Source: a virus
Lineage: Duplodnaviria; Caudoviricetes
Length of the DNA: 56,824 nucleotides
Reading direction: 5' to 3' (one strand)
IMG/VR virus record: IMGVR_UViG_3300023172_000035
Coordinates: 1-56,824 of that record
Shown here: piece by piece, positions 47,753-56,824 of the stretch
Numbering within the stretch: the stretch's first letter is position 1
How the letters are laid out: every line of letters begins with the position of its first letter
Position numbers and translations under genes: made by a program
Notes under the pieces: generated by a model
Databases searched by the model: none
What the model was told of the DNA's origin: nothing
What the model saw: the letters and a program-made list of their open reading frames with translations, nothing else

Positions 47753-49092
47753 GTTGTTAAACCACCCATATAACCTTGAGTATTTTTCTCAAGTTGGTCA
47801 TCTAGATAAGAATCTGGAGATACCTCTGCCAAACCGGCTCTTATAGATTCATCAATTCTTTCTTGATCTTCCGCATCTCTACCAGTTTGTAGATTAAATT
47901 GAGACATATAACCAGCTACATTTTGTCTTTGTTTATTACCTAAATTTGAGCCATAAGCTAAAGTACCTTGTAAACCTGCTAACCTGTCATAATAGTTTGT
48001 AGGACTTGAGGCAGGCATAGTCTTACGAGCTGCTTCTGTATAGTCAGTTTGTAATCCAATACCTTGAAGATACCCTTTATCAAAAGCTGTTTGTCTTTGT
48101 CTAGCTGTTTCTAGATTTGTTCTGACATTTTCACCTGCTGTAGGAGTTCTAAATGGGTCAAATGCTTGTTCATCTTCTTGCTGTTTTCTAGCACGAGCTG
48201 AAGCTATTAATGCTCTATTAGCAGACTGAGCTGCAAAATATGTTGGGTCAACTAAACCAGCTTGTTGTAGATATTGTTTCGATATTGCAATCTGTTGATT
48301 ATAAGCATCTAAATCTCTAACTTTTAGCTCTTCTAATTCTTGTCTTCTAGCTTCTACTAGTTCTTGTTCTTCAGGTGAGAAACCTGGAAGACCAGCTTCA
48401 GGTACCATAGCTGCAGCAGTAAGTTGTCCTACAGCTTGTAGTGTTGCCGAAGCTAAAACATCTGGACTAGTTATTCTATTTAATACTTTAGAGCCTGCCC
48501 TTTGTACGTTACTTAATAATTCTTGACCTAATCCTTGAGTTGTCGTATTTGTTACAGCTGATTGTTGTAAAGCTCCTGGAATACTTATACCAGCTCCTGG
48601 AACAGGAACACTTAAAGCAGGACCAGATACTGCAGGTCCAAACACTGCTTCAGTAGGAGATGCTGATGATAAACCAATTTCTGGAATTGGCGGTAAACCT
48701 GATCCTCCAGCTGCTACGGCTTCTCCAGTTGCAGTAGTAATCGCTGGTTCTCCTTGTAAGTAACCACCGACAGCACCACCGATACCACCCATAAGAGCAC
48801 CTCTAGTTATAGGTTGTCCACCGATTGCGGCTGCAATACCACCTATAGCTGCACCTGTGATTGCAGAAGCAACTGTGCTACTGACTGTCAAACCTGTTGC
48901 GGCAGATATAGCACCAGATACACCTAGTGATGCAGCAATTCCAGGGGCTGCAAAAGGCACTGCTACTGCAGCTACCGTTGCAATAACTCTTGTGATACCC
49001 CCACCACCATGCATTGTAGGGTTGAGTGGGTGTAAAGTAATTTCGTTACATTTTCTAATAGAAACTGCTAGTGGATTTAATTCTGTAGACAT
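47749..49092 (-). CDS. Putative ejection (pilot) protein
   Basis: Gly/Ala hydrophobic N-half, Gln-rich C-half. Confidence 0.65.
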   Translation of the reverse strand: MSTELNPLAVSIRKCNEITLHPLNPTMHGGGGITRVIATVAAVAVPFAAPGIAASLGVSGAISAATGLTVSSTVASAITGAAIGGIAAAIGGQPITRGALMGGIGGAVGGYLQGEPAITTATGEAVAAGGSGLPPIPEIGLSSASPTEAVFGPAVSGPALSVPVPGAGISIPGALQQSAVTNTTTQGLGQELLSNVQRAGSKVLNRITSPDVLASATLQAVGQLTAAAMVPEAGLPGFSPEEQELVEARRQELEELKVRDLDAYNQQIAISKQYLQQAGLVDPTYFAAQSANRALIASARARKQQEDEQAFDPFRTPTAGENVRTNLETARQRQTAFDKGYLQGIGLQTDYTEAARKTMPASSPTNYYDRLAGLQGTLAYGSNLGNKQRQNVAGYMSQFNLQTGRDAEDQERIDESIRAGLAEVSPDSYLDDQLEKNTQGYMGGLTT

Positions 49093-49563
49093 CTAGTCCT
49101 CCGTTATATTCTGTCTAAGCTGGACATATTGTTGTTTAAAACCAACATCCTCTAAAACTCTTTGCATTGCTGGGTGTACAGAGCATTCCATTTTCTTAAT
49201 ACCGCATATCCTTGCCCAACCACAAACATGTTTCCAGAACATATTTATCATATTTTTTAAATCTTTGCCACCTAATGCAACTACATTCATGGCTGTATAC
49301 TTTGGATAATATACCAATTCTAAAACTAAAGCTAACTTTACGTCAGGTATTTCGGTACTGTCATTTTTAACTGCTATAATAAACATCTCACCCTTTAAAG
49401 CTTTGGAGTAAATATCTTCTATATCTAGTTCTCCATCCATTTGTTTATCAATACACTTTTGAAGTAGTGGTACACATTGACCCCAATACCTATCTATAAG
49501 TTCTTTTGTTGATAATAACTGAGGTTCATATTTTAGTTCTTCTTTCTTTACCTCAGCCAACAC
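49093..49563 (-). CDS. GNAT-like virion assembly protein
   Basis: VVALGG...WARICGIKKMEC...MQRVL...GF; usual position before ejection genes. Confidence 0.6.
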   Translation of the reverse strand: MLAEVKKEELKYEPQLLSTKELIDRYWGQCVPLLQKCIDKQMDGELDIEDIYSKALKGEMFIIAVKNDSTEIPDVKLALVLELVYYPKYTAMNVVALGGKDLKNMINMFWKHVCGWARICGIKKMECSVHPAMQRVLEDVGFKQQYVQLRQNITED

Positions 49564-50300
49564 TATTCTTTATCCTCATAGTTAGCTAACATCTTATCAA
49601 AAAATTCTGTACCTTTTGCCATAACAACATGTTTAGGTATGACATACTCACCACCTTCCATCTCAGCGTTGTTAACACCAGCTACTTTTACTGGTATACC
49701 ACCGTCTTTATGTGATGGGCCTTTTAATACACCACCCTCTTGCATTTGTTGTGTTGGAGCCCCACCAAAGTTTATATCTGCATCTAATGACTTACCAACT
49801 ATAATAAGTGCTATAAGTAATCCTTCATCATACTCAGCAGGTATATCTTGTTCTGTAGCTAATCCTTTTTGGATAGCAAACTGTCTAATCTGTGGGTACA
49901 TAGCAGGGTTTTGCAATACAACTTTTGCTAACTCAACTGCCATATTTAATTCTTGTAAATTTAATTCACCTGATTGTATGCCTGCTTCTACACCTGCTCT
50001 AATTCTAACAAGTACTTCTGGATTCTGAGATACCATCTGTTGTATCTGCATATCAAGAGTTCTACCATCTGTAGGTCCTTGTTGTGGCTGCATAGATAGC
50101 CCTGCTGGTTGTACCATACCACCTTCTTGATATGTATTTGGTTGATCTTGAGGCATATCAAAACTACCCATAGCTGGCATATCTACAATTGCTTGTATCT
50201 GTGGGGGTAGGTCTAATGATGGTGAAGCTGACGTATCTACATCAGTATTCATATTATCTCCCATTATACCTACATTATTTTCCATATCTTCGTATTGCAT
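49563..50300 (-). CDS. Virion-associated protein with GPSH..GG/EGGEYVIP domain
   Basis: YQEGGMV, MQEGGVLKGPSHKDGGIP, EMEGGEYVIP. Confidence 0.65.
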   Translation of the reverse strand: MQYEDMENNVGIMGDNMNTDVDTSASPSLDLPPQIQAIVDMPAMGSFDMPQDQPNTYQEGGMVQPAGLSMQPQQGPTDGRTLDMQIQQMVSQNPEVLVRIRAGVEAGIQSGELNLQELNMAVELAKVVLQNPAMYPQIRQFAIQKGLATEQDIPAEYDEGLLIALIIVGKSLDADINFGGAPTQQMQEGGVLKGPSHKDGGIPVKVAGVNNAEMEGGEYVIPKHVVMAKGTEFFDKMLANYEDKE

Positions 50301-50304
50301 TATA

Positions 50305-50652
50305 TTATCCTTTTATCTGTTTTATTAAAGCATTTAGTACAGCTCTTGTATATGCTAAATCATTTGCTAGTGTTTGTACATCTGTAACTAACTTTACATA
50401 GTCTTCAAGTGCTACTACTTCTTGTCCACTTATTGTGAATCCATTACCTTTTGCTGTAACTTGACGCATATCCTGTGTTGACATTTGCTCTACACCAATA
50501 TCGCCTCTAAGTACTGCTCTACTTGATGAATCTTCTTCACCTCTAAGGCCAGCTAAAAGCTCAACATTCTGTTTTACTGCCGATACTAAAATAGATGTAG
50601 TATCAGAAAGTTCTTGTTCTGGTATTCCTGGAACTGATACAAACCTAGCCAT
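50305..50652 (-). CDS. Small tail-associated protein
   Basis: Coupled to the nozzle gene; C-terminal coiled coil. Confidence 0.65.
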   Translation of the reverse strand: MARFVSVPGIPEQELSDTTSILVSAVKQNVELLAGLRGEEDSSSRAVLRGDIGVEQMSTQDMRQVTAKGNGFTISGQEVVALEDYVKLVTDVQTLANDLAYTRAVLNALIKQIKG

Positions 50653-53030
50653 TATATTGCACTTAATCCTTTAGGAGTTTCACCTAAATGTATTGACCTG
50701 ATCCTAGCTGATCCTGATACAGACACCTCAATTGTGTCAGTACGATACCCAGTAGGTAATCTAAATATATCACTTGATGATATAGTTCCTTGGAATATTA
50801 ACTCTTTATTAGCAAATAACTTAAATGTAACTGGGAGTGCAGATGTAATTTCTATTAAGCTTTGTGTCTGACCATCACCATTTACAGGAAATGCATTTAA
50901 ACTACCTACATTCTCTACTCTAGTACTACCATCTAGATAGTCAGTAGGACCATTTAAACAACCTAGTTGTTCACTTGCAGCCCATATAGCCGCATTATAT
51001 GTAGGTACACCAAGGTTATAATTTTGCTGGTTTATAACTTCTTGGTCTATATCAGTATAATCTGCTACTACTCTTGCAGCTCCTATATTCATATAGTCTG
51101 CTGTGACAATAGTTTTTGATTTCCACTCTAATGGTGCAAGAACCTGACCATCATTATCCCACTCGAATATATCACCTAAAGCATCTTTAGTGAAATACAT
51201 AACACCTGATACACTATCGGTGTAGGCAGCTGTAAAAGTATAATCTATAGAAACTAAAAATCCTTTTACTTGTTCGTTTGTCTCAAATATAAATGAGCCT
51301 GTTGAATGTGATCCAAAATATTTACCATTATAAAAATGACCTATGATAGTAGATGGGTCTAAAGCATCTGACCAAGTATCCCAATCGTGTATATTAGCAG
51401 TTACTATACTAACCCCACCTGCTGAATACGCAGCTAGCCCTGCATGTGTAGCCCACACAACACCATAACCCATATTAACAATTGATTTCTTAGATACACA
51501 CGGATACTCAGCATTTATCTTTTGGAATGTCATAATTTCTGGATTATTACCAGAAACTATATATGGATATTTTTCGGTTAATACAATTAAGTAAGATGAT
51601 GTAACTGCTATACCAACAATATTTTCATCAAATGTTAGCCTATCTTTTATAGGCCATGCATGTGGTTTATCAGGAAAAGAAAAACATAATTGGTTATCAA
51701 AAAAGCCTGCCAACATGTTGTTATTAAAACTAGTTAGTCCTTTCATTGTAGATTTAGGTTTATCATAGTTTTCTGACTCAACGATTGTAGTTAACCCAGA
51801 TACTAGAAAATCATCAGTAAAGTCATAGGAGCTATCACCCCAATATCTAGCTGACAAAGAACTTAGTTCTGCTACATCATGATATAAAGTACCATTAGTA
51901 TCTGCTGTAGATGATACGTCAGAACCTGAGTTTGAATATGTAAATTGATATCTATCTATAACACTAACGACTGTACCATCTGTCACATTAAAGTTCCCGC
52001 TATCAGCCGTGGACCCTGATATCTTAAATCTTTCTCCTACTACTAAGTTATGGGGGTATTCTAGTTTTACCGTAGCTACGTTACTAGTTCTAGATACAGT
52101 AGCTGTAGATGTAGGAAACCATAGTGTATCAAGTAGGAAGAAATCTGAAGCTGCTGCAGATGTGACACTTCTATATAACCTTACACCTCGTACAAAATTA
52201 TCACCAGATGGTTTAGCTGTAGGTAAACTAGTTATAGTAACTGTCTGACCTTCTTTTATAAATAATTCATTTGATACATCCGATGGTATTGATTCTTCAC
52301 CCCACGGAGTTATATGTGTGTATATGTAAGTTCTAATTTGTGTACTACCAGCCATATCTGCTCGACCTGTAGTATTTGCTGTTTTAGATACCTGATCACC
52401 AGGATTATAATATTGAAAATCTGTTGAGTTAATTACAGTAACTTCTACGTTTGTAGCATTAAAAGACTCAGCTTCTGTAGAGCCTGAAAAATCTCTTATA
52501 GTAACCACATTACCTGAACGAAGATTATGGCTGGCCGCCCCATAATATGTAGATGTATTACCAGAATCCCTTTCATAATGTGTTGAATTAACTACAGTAA
52601 AAGATGTAGCTGTAGCTGTGACTGTTGTAGTAGGTACATCTAAACCTAACTCATAATAGCCATTACTTACAGGATATGGCTCACTACCATTAGTAGCTAA
52701 ATCATAATTACTTACTTTAGGTACGCCATCTCCAGTATAATAAAATCTTTGCTCGTTATCAGATGAATCAGAAGCATGAACTAAGTCAACATCAGAAGTC
52801 CAGCTAAGCCATACTAATGCATCAGTATCTGGATTTTTTAATGCATGTAAACTTTCAACTACCTCTGACCTTTCTGTGTTATCTACAATCTTTGGTATTG
52901 TATATGGTATTAAATCACCAGAATATAACTTAACATTAAAAGCTGTTTGTGCTGCAGAAGTCGGTAATAGCTCAGAAGAAAACTTCGGAGCCTCACCTAA
53001 AAATCCTGTTATCTTAATCGGTCTTGCCAT
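50652..53030 (-). CDS. Tail nozzle/tubular protein B (stabilisation protein)
   Basis: 792-aa beta-rich protein; GEESIPS, LCFS.P..PHAWP, LEWKSK, FRLPTG. Confidence 0.75.
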   Translation of the reverse strand: MARPIKITGFLGEAPKFSSELLPTSAAQTAFNVKLYSGDLIPYTIPKIVDNTERSEVVESLHALKNPDTDALVWLSWTSDVDLVHASDSSDNEQRFYYTGDGVPKVSNYDLATNGSEPYPVSNGYYELGLDVPTTTVTATATSFTVVNSTHYERDSGNTSTYYGAASHNLRSGNVVTIRDFSGSTEAESFNATNVEVTVINSTDFQYYNPGDQVSKTANTTGRADMAGSTQIRTYIYTHITPWGEESIPSDVSNELFIKEGQTVTITSLPTAKPSGDNFVRGVRLYRSVTSAAASDFFLLDTLWFPTSTATVSRTSNVATVKLEYPHNLVVGERFKISGSTADSGNFNVTDGTVVSVIDRYQFTYSNSGSDVSSTADTNGTLYHDVAELSSLSARYWGDSSYDFTDDFLVSGLTTIVESENYDKPKSTMKGLTSFNNNMLAGFFDNQLCFSFPDKPHAWPIKDRLTFDENIVGIAVTSSYLIVLTEKYPYIVSGNNPEIMTFQKINAEYPCVSKKSIVNMGYGVVWATHAGLAAYSAGGVSIVTANIHDWDTWSDALDPSTIIGHFYNGKYFGSHSTGSFIFETNEQVKGFLVSIDYTFTAAYTDSVSGVMYFTKDALGDIFEWDNDGQVLAPLEWKSKTIVTADYMNIGAARVVADYTDIDQEVINQQNYNLGVPTYNAAIWAASEQLGCLNGPTDYLDGSTRVENVGSLNAFPVNGDGQTQSLIEITSALPVTFKLFANKELIFQGTISSSDIFRLPTGYRTDTIEVSVSGSARIRSIHLGETPKGLSAI

Positions 53031-53296
53031 TATGTAACCCTTTTAACTCTTCTTGGCTTACCAGCTGGTTGGCCAAGGTTTTTCTTTTGGTTAATTCTAC
53101 TACGTTTTTCTGAAGCAGTTAACTCTGAAGATGTTTTAGGAGTCTTATCTGAAACTCTTTTAGATGGTCTGCAATACGGCACACCACGTTTCTCGCCCTT
53201 TTTTCTACCGCATGGTTTACCTGTACGAACATCTATCCATTTCTCTTTAAACCAACGTTTTAGATCAGCTCCTTTTTGTGTCTTCCTAACTGCCAT
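53030..53296 (-). CDS. Small basic conserved phage protein
   Basis: LKRWFKEKW.DV.TGKPCGR...PYCRP. Confidence 0.75.
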   Translation of the reverse strand: MAVRKTQKGADLKRWFKEKWIDVRTGKPCGRKKGEKRGVPYCRPSKRVSDKTPKTSSELTASEKRSRINQKKNLGQPAGKPRRVKRVT

Positions 53297-53448
53297 TACT
53301 TTTTACTTTTATTACCCCAGTTTTTAGCCCCTACTTTTCTGCATTTTGCTAAAGCTCCTGAAGCATAAGCTGAAGGCCATACTTTATATCTGGCTTTTAC
53401 TTTATAATAACAAGCATCTTTCTTAGATTGTACTTTTGGTGCTGCCAT
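53296..53448 (-). CDS. Small basic protein (50 aa, not in ORF track)
   Basis: MAAPKVQSKKDACYYKVKARYKVWPSAYASGALAKCRKVGAKNWGNKSKK; SD AAGGAG; TAATG coupling. Confidence 0.75.
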   Translation of the reverse strand: MAAPKVQSKKDACYYKVKARYKVWPSAYASGALAKCRKVGAKNWGNKSKK

Positions 53449-53449
53449 A

Positions 53450-53884
53450 TTATCTCCTTACAAGTGAGCCACCAAAATACAAGCCAATAATACTACTAAC
53501 TACATGTGTATCTAATGGTGTAATTACTAATCCATTAAGTGGCTTCCATTGTGTCATATCTGTATCTGATGCAAATATCCACCAACCTTGTTGTACTGTT
53601 TCTACATAACCTACATAAACAGGCATGTTAGGGTCTATAAATGGTGCTAACTTAGGTAAGACGATAATCGCCACAACACACATAAGGGCTATCCATCTAC
53701 GAGTATTCTTAGTAAAAGCATCTGTTACTTCTCTTGCTTTATCTATTTGTTGTGCTGCGAACTCTGATCTTTGTAGCAATAGTTTTTGTTCATCTGCTCT
53801 ATCTTTAGCTTTTTGTGCCATGATTGAAAGCACACCACCTAGTACAGTACTAGCTAACATGCTTAATAATTCCATTGGTATCAT
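53450..53884 (-). CDS. Holin-like membrane protein
   Basis: Three hydrophobic segments, TRRWIAL, C-terminal IIGLYFG...RR. Confidence 0.55.
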   Translation of the reverse strand: MIPMELLSMLASTVLGGVLSIMAQKAKDRADEQKLLLQRSEFAAQQIDKAREVTDAFTKNTRRWIALMCVVAIIVLPKLAPFIDPNMPVYVGYVETVQQGWWIFASDTDMTQWKPLNGLVITPLDTHVVSSIIGLYFGGSLVRR

Positions 53885-53885
53885 A

Positions 53886-54113
53886 TTATTGCCCTAGTGG
53901 GTTATCGCTTCTTGCTTTAATTTCATCTACTTTTGCTTTTAGTACTGCAATCTCAGCTTTATTTACAGCTATATCTTGTTCCAGAGGTTTAATATCTGGA
54001 GCAGATTGTGATTCAAGCACATCAATCCTTTGTATTAGTTGACCTTGAAATACAAAAAGAGAGCCAAGAGTTATTACTAACCCTACTAATCCTGCTATAA
54101 ATTTAATATCCAC
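53886..54113 (-). CDS. N-terminal TM + coiled-coil protein
   Basis: One TM then a heptad pattern; ends NPLGQ. Confidence 0.65.
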   Translation of the reverse strand: MDIKFIAGLVGLVITLGSLFVFQGQLIQRIDVLESQSAPDIKPLEQDIAVNKAEIAVLKAKVDEIKARSDNPLGQ

Positions 54114-55329
54114 GTATCCTCCTTAAATGTTCTTCTGCTCTAATTCTATTATCTACCGCAGTCTGAACATCTTGCTCATATTCTGCCGCAGGATCATTAT
54201 AGCTAATTTGACTCTCAGAATATATATCCCTAACATCAGCATAATATTGTGCATCTTCATAGTTTCCACCGTCAATATTTGGTTGGTCTTTAAATATATT
54301 ATTGTTAATTTGACCGTAGTTGTCTATTGATATATCGCTTTTCATTACACTTACCAATAATAAAGAAGTACCAACTAGTCGTTGATTTATATTATTTGTA
54401 GCCCTATTTATTCTTTTCTCAACATCTTCTACTGTAATAGATCTAGTATTGACTCTAGGACTTTCTTCACCCCCGCCTTCTTCAAGCGTCTCAGGTGTGC
54501 TTTCGTTATTTTCTGATTCTTCAACATTAACCTCATTTGATTCACTTCCTCCGTTACTAAGGCTTGTTTCTGCTTCTCCGACAGTTTCATATACTACTTC
54601 CTCCTCAGCAACAATAGTCTCTTCTTCTGGTTTAAATACAATAGTTTCTTCTATAAATTCTTTTTCTTCAAGCTTGATTTCTTCTTCAAATTTTACTTCT
54701 TCTATTTTTATTTCTTCTTTAATATCTACTTTAACTTCTTCAAACTTGTATTCTTCTATTTTTATTTCTTCTACATCATCGACTACTGATTTAATCTCTG
54801 CTGTTTGTGTGCTAGATAGAAATACAGGGTTTGGTTCGTACTCAATAACGAGTGTTGGTTTTTGTAAATCAACTGCCCAATGTCCAGATAATTGTGTTGA
54901 TTCACTAAAGTTAAATCTAACATCTATTGTGTAATCAGTATTACCATTTCTAGTTTCTGTATGACTATCAGTATAAGTAGTAAAAGGTTGATATGTATCT
55001 AGTGTTATCTTTCTTGATTGTGTAGTAACTGTTCCATCACTTGCAGTAATGGTCTGTATCATTTCAGTTTCACTAGTATCATTATTCCAATGATAAATGT
55101 CAGCACCTAATGTTGATGTCCAACCCCATTTGATTTGGTCTTCTGTAAGTGTGTCAGATAGTTTAACTTCTGTTTCTACATATTGACCATGAACACCTGC
55201 AACTGTATTGTTGCCATGTCTAGCTGTGTTTGTTCCAGACCACGTACTGAAATCCTGATTAAGAAGATTACCTGTGGTGTCTGAATTTGCCACTAGAGGT
55301 AGCATTAACAGAATCAAAAACTTTTTCAT
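54103..55329 (-). CDS. Secreted protein with acidic linker
   Basis: Signal peptide MKKFLILLMLPLVANS; beta domain; Glu-rich region. Confidence 0.7.
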   Translation of the reverse strand: MKKFLILLMLPLVANSDTTGNLLNQDFSTWSGTNTARHGNNTVAGVHGQYVETEVKLSDTLTEDQIKWGWTSTLGADIYHWNNDTSETEMIQTITASDGTVTTQSRKITLDTYQPFTTYTDSHTETRNGNTDYTIDVRFNFSESTQLSGHWAVDLQKPTLVIEYEPNPVFLSSTQTAEIKSVVDDVEEIKIEEYKFEEVKVDIKEEIKIEEVKFEEEIKLEEKEFIEETIVFKPEEETIVAEEEVVYETVGEAETSLSNGGSESNEVNVEESENNESTPETLEEGGGEESPRVNTRSITVEDVEKRINRATNNINQRLVGTSLLLVSVMKSDISIDNYGQINNNIFKDQPNIDGGNYEDAQYYADVRDIYSESQISYNDPAAEYEQDVQTAVDNRIRAEEHLRRIRGY

Positions 55330-55888
55330 TACCTAGTTTATCCCATCTTTGTTTAGCTTTTTGCCCTATTAATCCATCTATAGGACATGGAGTTCCAGCG
55401 TCCATCATTGCTTTCCACACGTCAACGTCTTGACACATAAGTGATATTGAAGCTACTTTCATACCTAGAGTATTTAAAAGTTTAGCTTTCTTTCTGCGTT
55501 CACAAGCTTCATCTACCATATAGCTCCCAAATGAGCCTGAGAAGCCGATTACGGTCACTCCTGCTGCAAGTGGTATGACACAGCTGTCTTGTCCATAAAC
55601 GCTCATACTGGGCGAATTAGCACTGTTTACAGCGGTTTCAGCATTTGTACTATTACTTGTGGTATTTGTAGTGGTATTAGTTTGTCCACCTGTATAGTTA
55701 TTGGTTGTTTCTTGCGAGTAACCACCTGATATAGAAGTATTACTACCTGATGTATTGGTTTGATTATTTGTTGTAGCCCCTGATGATGTCGTATCAGATA
55801 CTGCATCTTCTATTGCGTAACCTAAGATTATAATTATAAGTATAATGATTGCTGCAAATAATTTATTTACCACTTCTTGCATGACCAA
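55268..55888 (-). CDS. Membrane-anchored/secreted Cys-containing protein
   Basis: N-terminal TM, Thr/Asn linker, DSC...CER...MCQD...AGTPCP. Confidence 0.7.
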   Translation of the reverse strand: MVMQEVVNKLFAAIIILIIIILGYAIEDAVSDTTSSGATTNNQTNTSGSNTSISGGYSQETTNNYTGGQTNTTTNTTSNSTNAETAVNSANSPSMSVYGQDSCVIPLAAGVTVIGFSGSFGSYMVDEACERRKKAKLLNTLGMKVASISLMCQDVDVWKAMMDAGTPCPIDGLIGQKAKQRWDKLGNEKVFDSVNATSSGKFRHHR

Positions 55889-56112
55889 TACCTCGCTGTC
55901 ATTTTAGATGGAGGTCTAGAATCACAACCGTGCCTAGCCCTAAATGATTTACGCCTATTAGGTTGGTTCTTTTTGATCTTCATATTAGCATCACCGAAAC
56001 GGATAACTTTTTCTTTACCATTTTGACAAGCTTTTACAACAAACTTTTTACCACCAGATATCTGACGTTTAGGCTTATTACAAGCCATTTTAGACTTATC
56101 TATTTTAGCCAT
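55867..56112 (-). CDS. Small basic conserved phage protein
   Basis: KKFVVKAC...IRFGD...RRKSFRARH.C...ARYWSCKKW. Confidence 0.8.
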   Translation of the reverse strand: MAKIDKSKMACNKPKRQISGGKKFVVKACQNGKEKVIRFGDANMKIKKNQPNRRKSFRARHGCDSRPPSKMTARYWSCKKW

Positions 56113-56114
56113 AA

Positions 56115-56300
56115 CTATTTACTTTTTTTCCTACACTTACCAGCTTTCTTACAAGCTCCTGGTGTAGGACAGGTAGGGCAAGGCTTAAAGACTTTACCGC
56201 CTTTTTTATATTTCATCTTGCTACCACAAGAGCCGACTTTACCGCCACTCTTATACATAACAGTTTTCTTAGTCTTTTTCATTTTTGTTCCGTATGCCAT
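56115..56300 (-). CDS. Lys-rich small protein with two YKxGGKV motifs
   Basis: TAATG coupling; YKSGGKV, YKKGGKV, CPTC...C...C. Confidence 0.65.
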   Translation of the reverse strand: MAYGTKMKKTKKTVMYKSGGKVGSCGSKMKYKKGGKVFKPCPTCPTPGACKKAGKCRKKSK

Positions 56301-56524
56301 TATAATAACCTCAATATTTCTGTAAATTTATCACTCATTAAGACAAAAACAACGATTGCTCCATAAGCTACGTATTTGAATCTAAATATTTCTATTTTAA
56401 TTTCTTTAACTTCATCTTTTACATCACGCATATCTGCTTCTATGTGTGCAAGATGATTAGTCTTGATGATATGTACATCTTGTTTAAGTAATTCTATTTC
56501 TGTTTTAAGGTCTTTGTCGTCCAT
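56300..56524 (-). CDS. Coiled-coil + C-terminal TM protein (XhlA/holin-like)
   Basis: IKTNHLAHIE motif; hydrophobic C-terminus. Confidence 0.6.
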   Translation of the reverse strand: MDDKDLKTEIELLKQDVHIIKTNHLAHIEADMRDVKDEVKEIKIEIFRFKYVAYGAIVVFVLMSDKFTEILRLL

Positions 56525-56681
56525 TACTTTCCGCCTTTTTAACTGCTTCAGTTTGATCTATTACTTTAGCTTCTACCTCATCTTCTAACTCAGGTTCTTC
56601 TACTATCACACAGCCCTCAACCATAACACTACTTCTAGCAAAAGTTCCGTTGGGGTACATAAGTAGTGGAGTTCTTTTCAT
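56505..56681 (-). CDS. Hypothetical protein (58 aa; its 5' part is also at 1-72)
   Basis: MKRTPLLMYPNGTFARSSVMVEGCVIVEEPELED...; coupled to the XkdW stop. Confidence 0.55.
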   Translation of the reverse strand: MKRTPLLMYPNGTFARSSVMVEGCVIVEEPELEDEVEAKVIDQTEAVKKAESNGRQRP

Positions 56682-56729
56682 TAACTTAGTTCTTCTTCTG
56701 TTGGTTGTGTTTCAGTTGGGTGATTCCAT
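56610..56729. repeat. Terminal overlap, copy 2
   Basis: Identical to 1-120. Confidence 0.95.
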
Positions 56730-56824
56730 GAAGCTATAAAATCTCCATTACCATCTGAATTGTTTTGCACAATTATGTTATCCATAAAATCTGCATCTGT
56801 TACATTTGGTCTTAATGATTTAAT
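56681..56824 (-). CDS. XkdW-like protein, third allele (5'-truncated by the window end)
   Basis: IKSLRPNVTDADFMDNIIVQNNSDGNGDFIASWNHPTETQPTEEELS. Confidence 0.75.
   Translation of the reverse strand: MKSLRPNVTDADFMDNIIVQNNSDGNGDFIASWNHPTETQPTEEELS

Overview
The window is an essentially complete, circularly permuted genome of an AT-rich tailed phage, probably podovirus-like (no tape measure, sheath, RNA polymerase or integrase recognised). The gene content resembles phages of marine bacteria, but the host cannot be read from the sequence. There are two opposed blocks. The + strand early/replication block (17644-38147) has small early genes, a MoxR-like AAA ATPase, a zincin/VWA protein, an Ntn-protease-like protein, DNA polymerase A, a Cas4-like nuclease, VRR-NUC, an SNF2 helicase, SSBs, a primase-helicase and a metallophosphoesterase. 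The - strand late block runs from terS at about 17360 through terL, portal, scaffold, capsid, adaptors and tail fibres, across the window ends, to membrane/lysis genes, nozzle, ejection proteins and a 2693-aa giant protein. Bases 1-120 recur exactly at 56610-56729 but then continue into a different allele of a tail-tip gene. Most interesting: (i) an 84-aa gene with its own strong SD overprinted inside the giant virion protein; (ii) two tandem Delta9-type desaturases plus a GNAT-like ORF inside the tail-fibre operon; (iii) a candidate phage proteolysis module (MoxR AAA + zincin-VWA + N-terminal-Thr protease); (iv) swappable C1q/XkdW tail-tip cassettes; (v) an iteron- and inverted-repeat-rich non-coding region between two duplicated promoters; (vi) no recognisable endolysin. 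All family calls come from motif recognition by eye; no searches were run.
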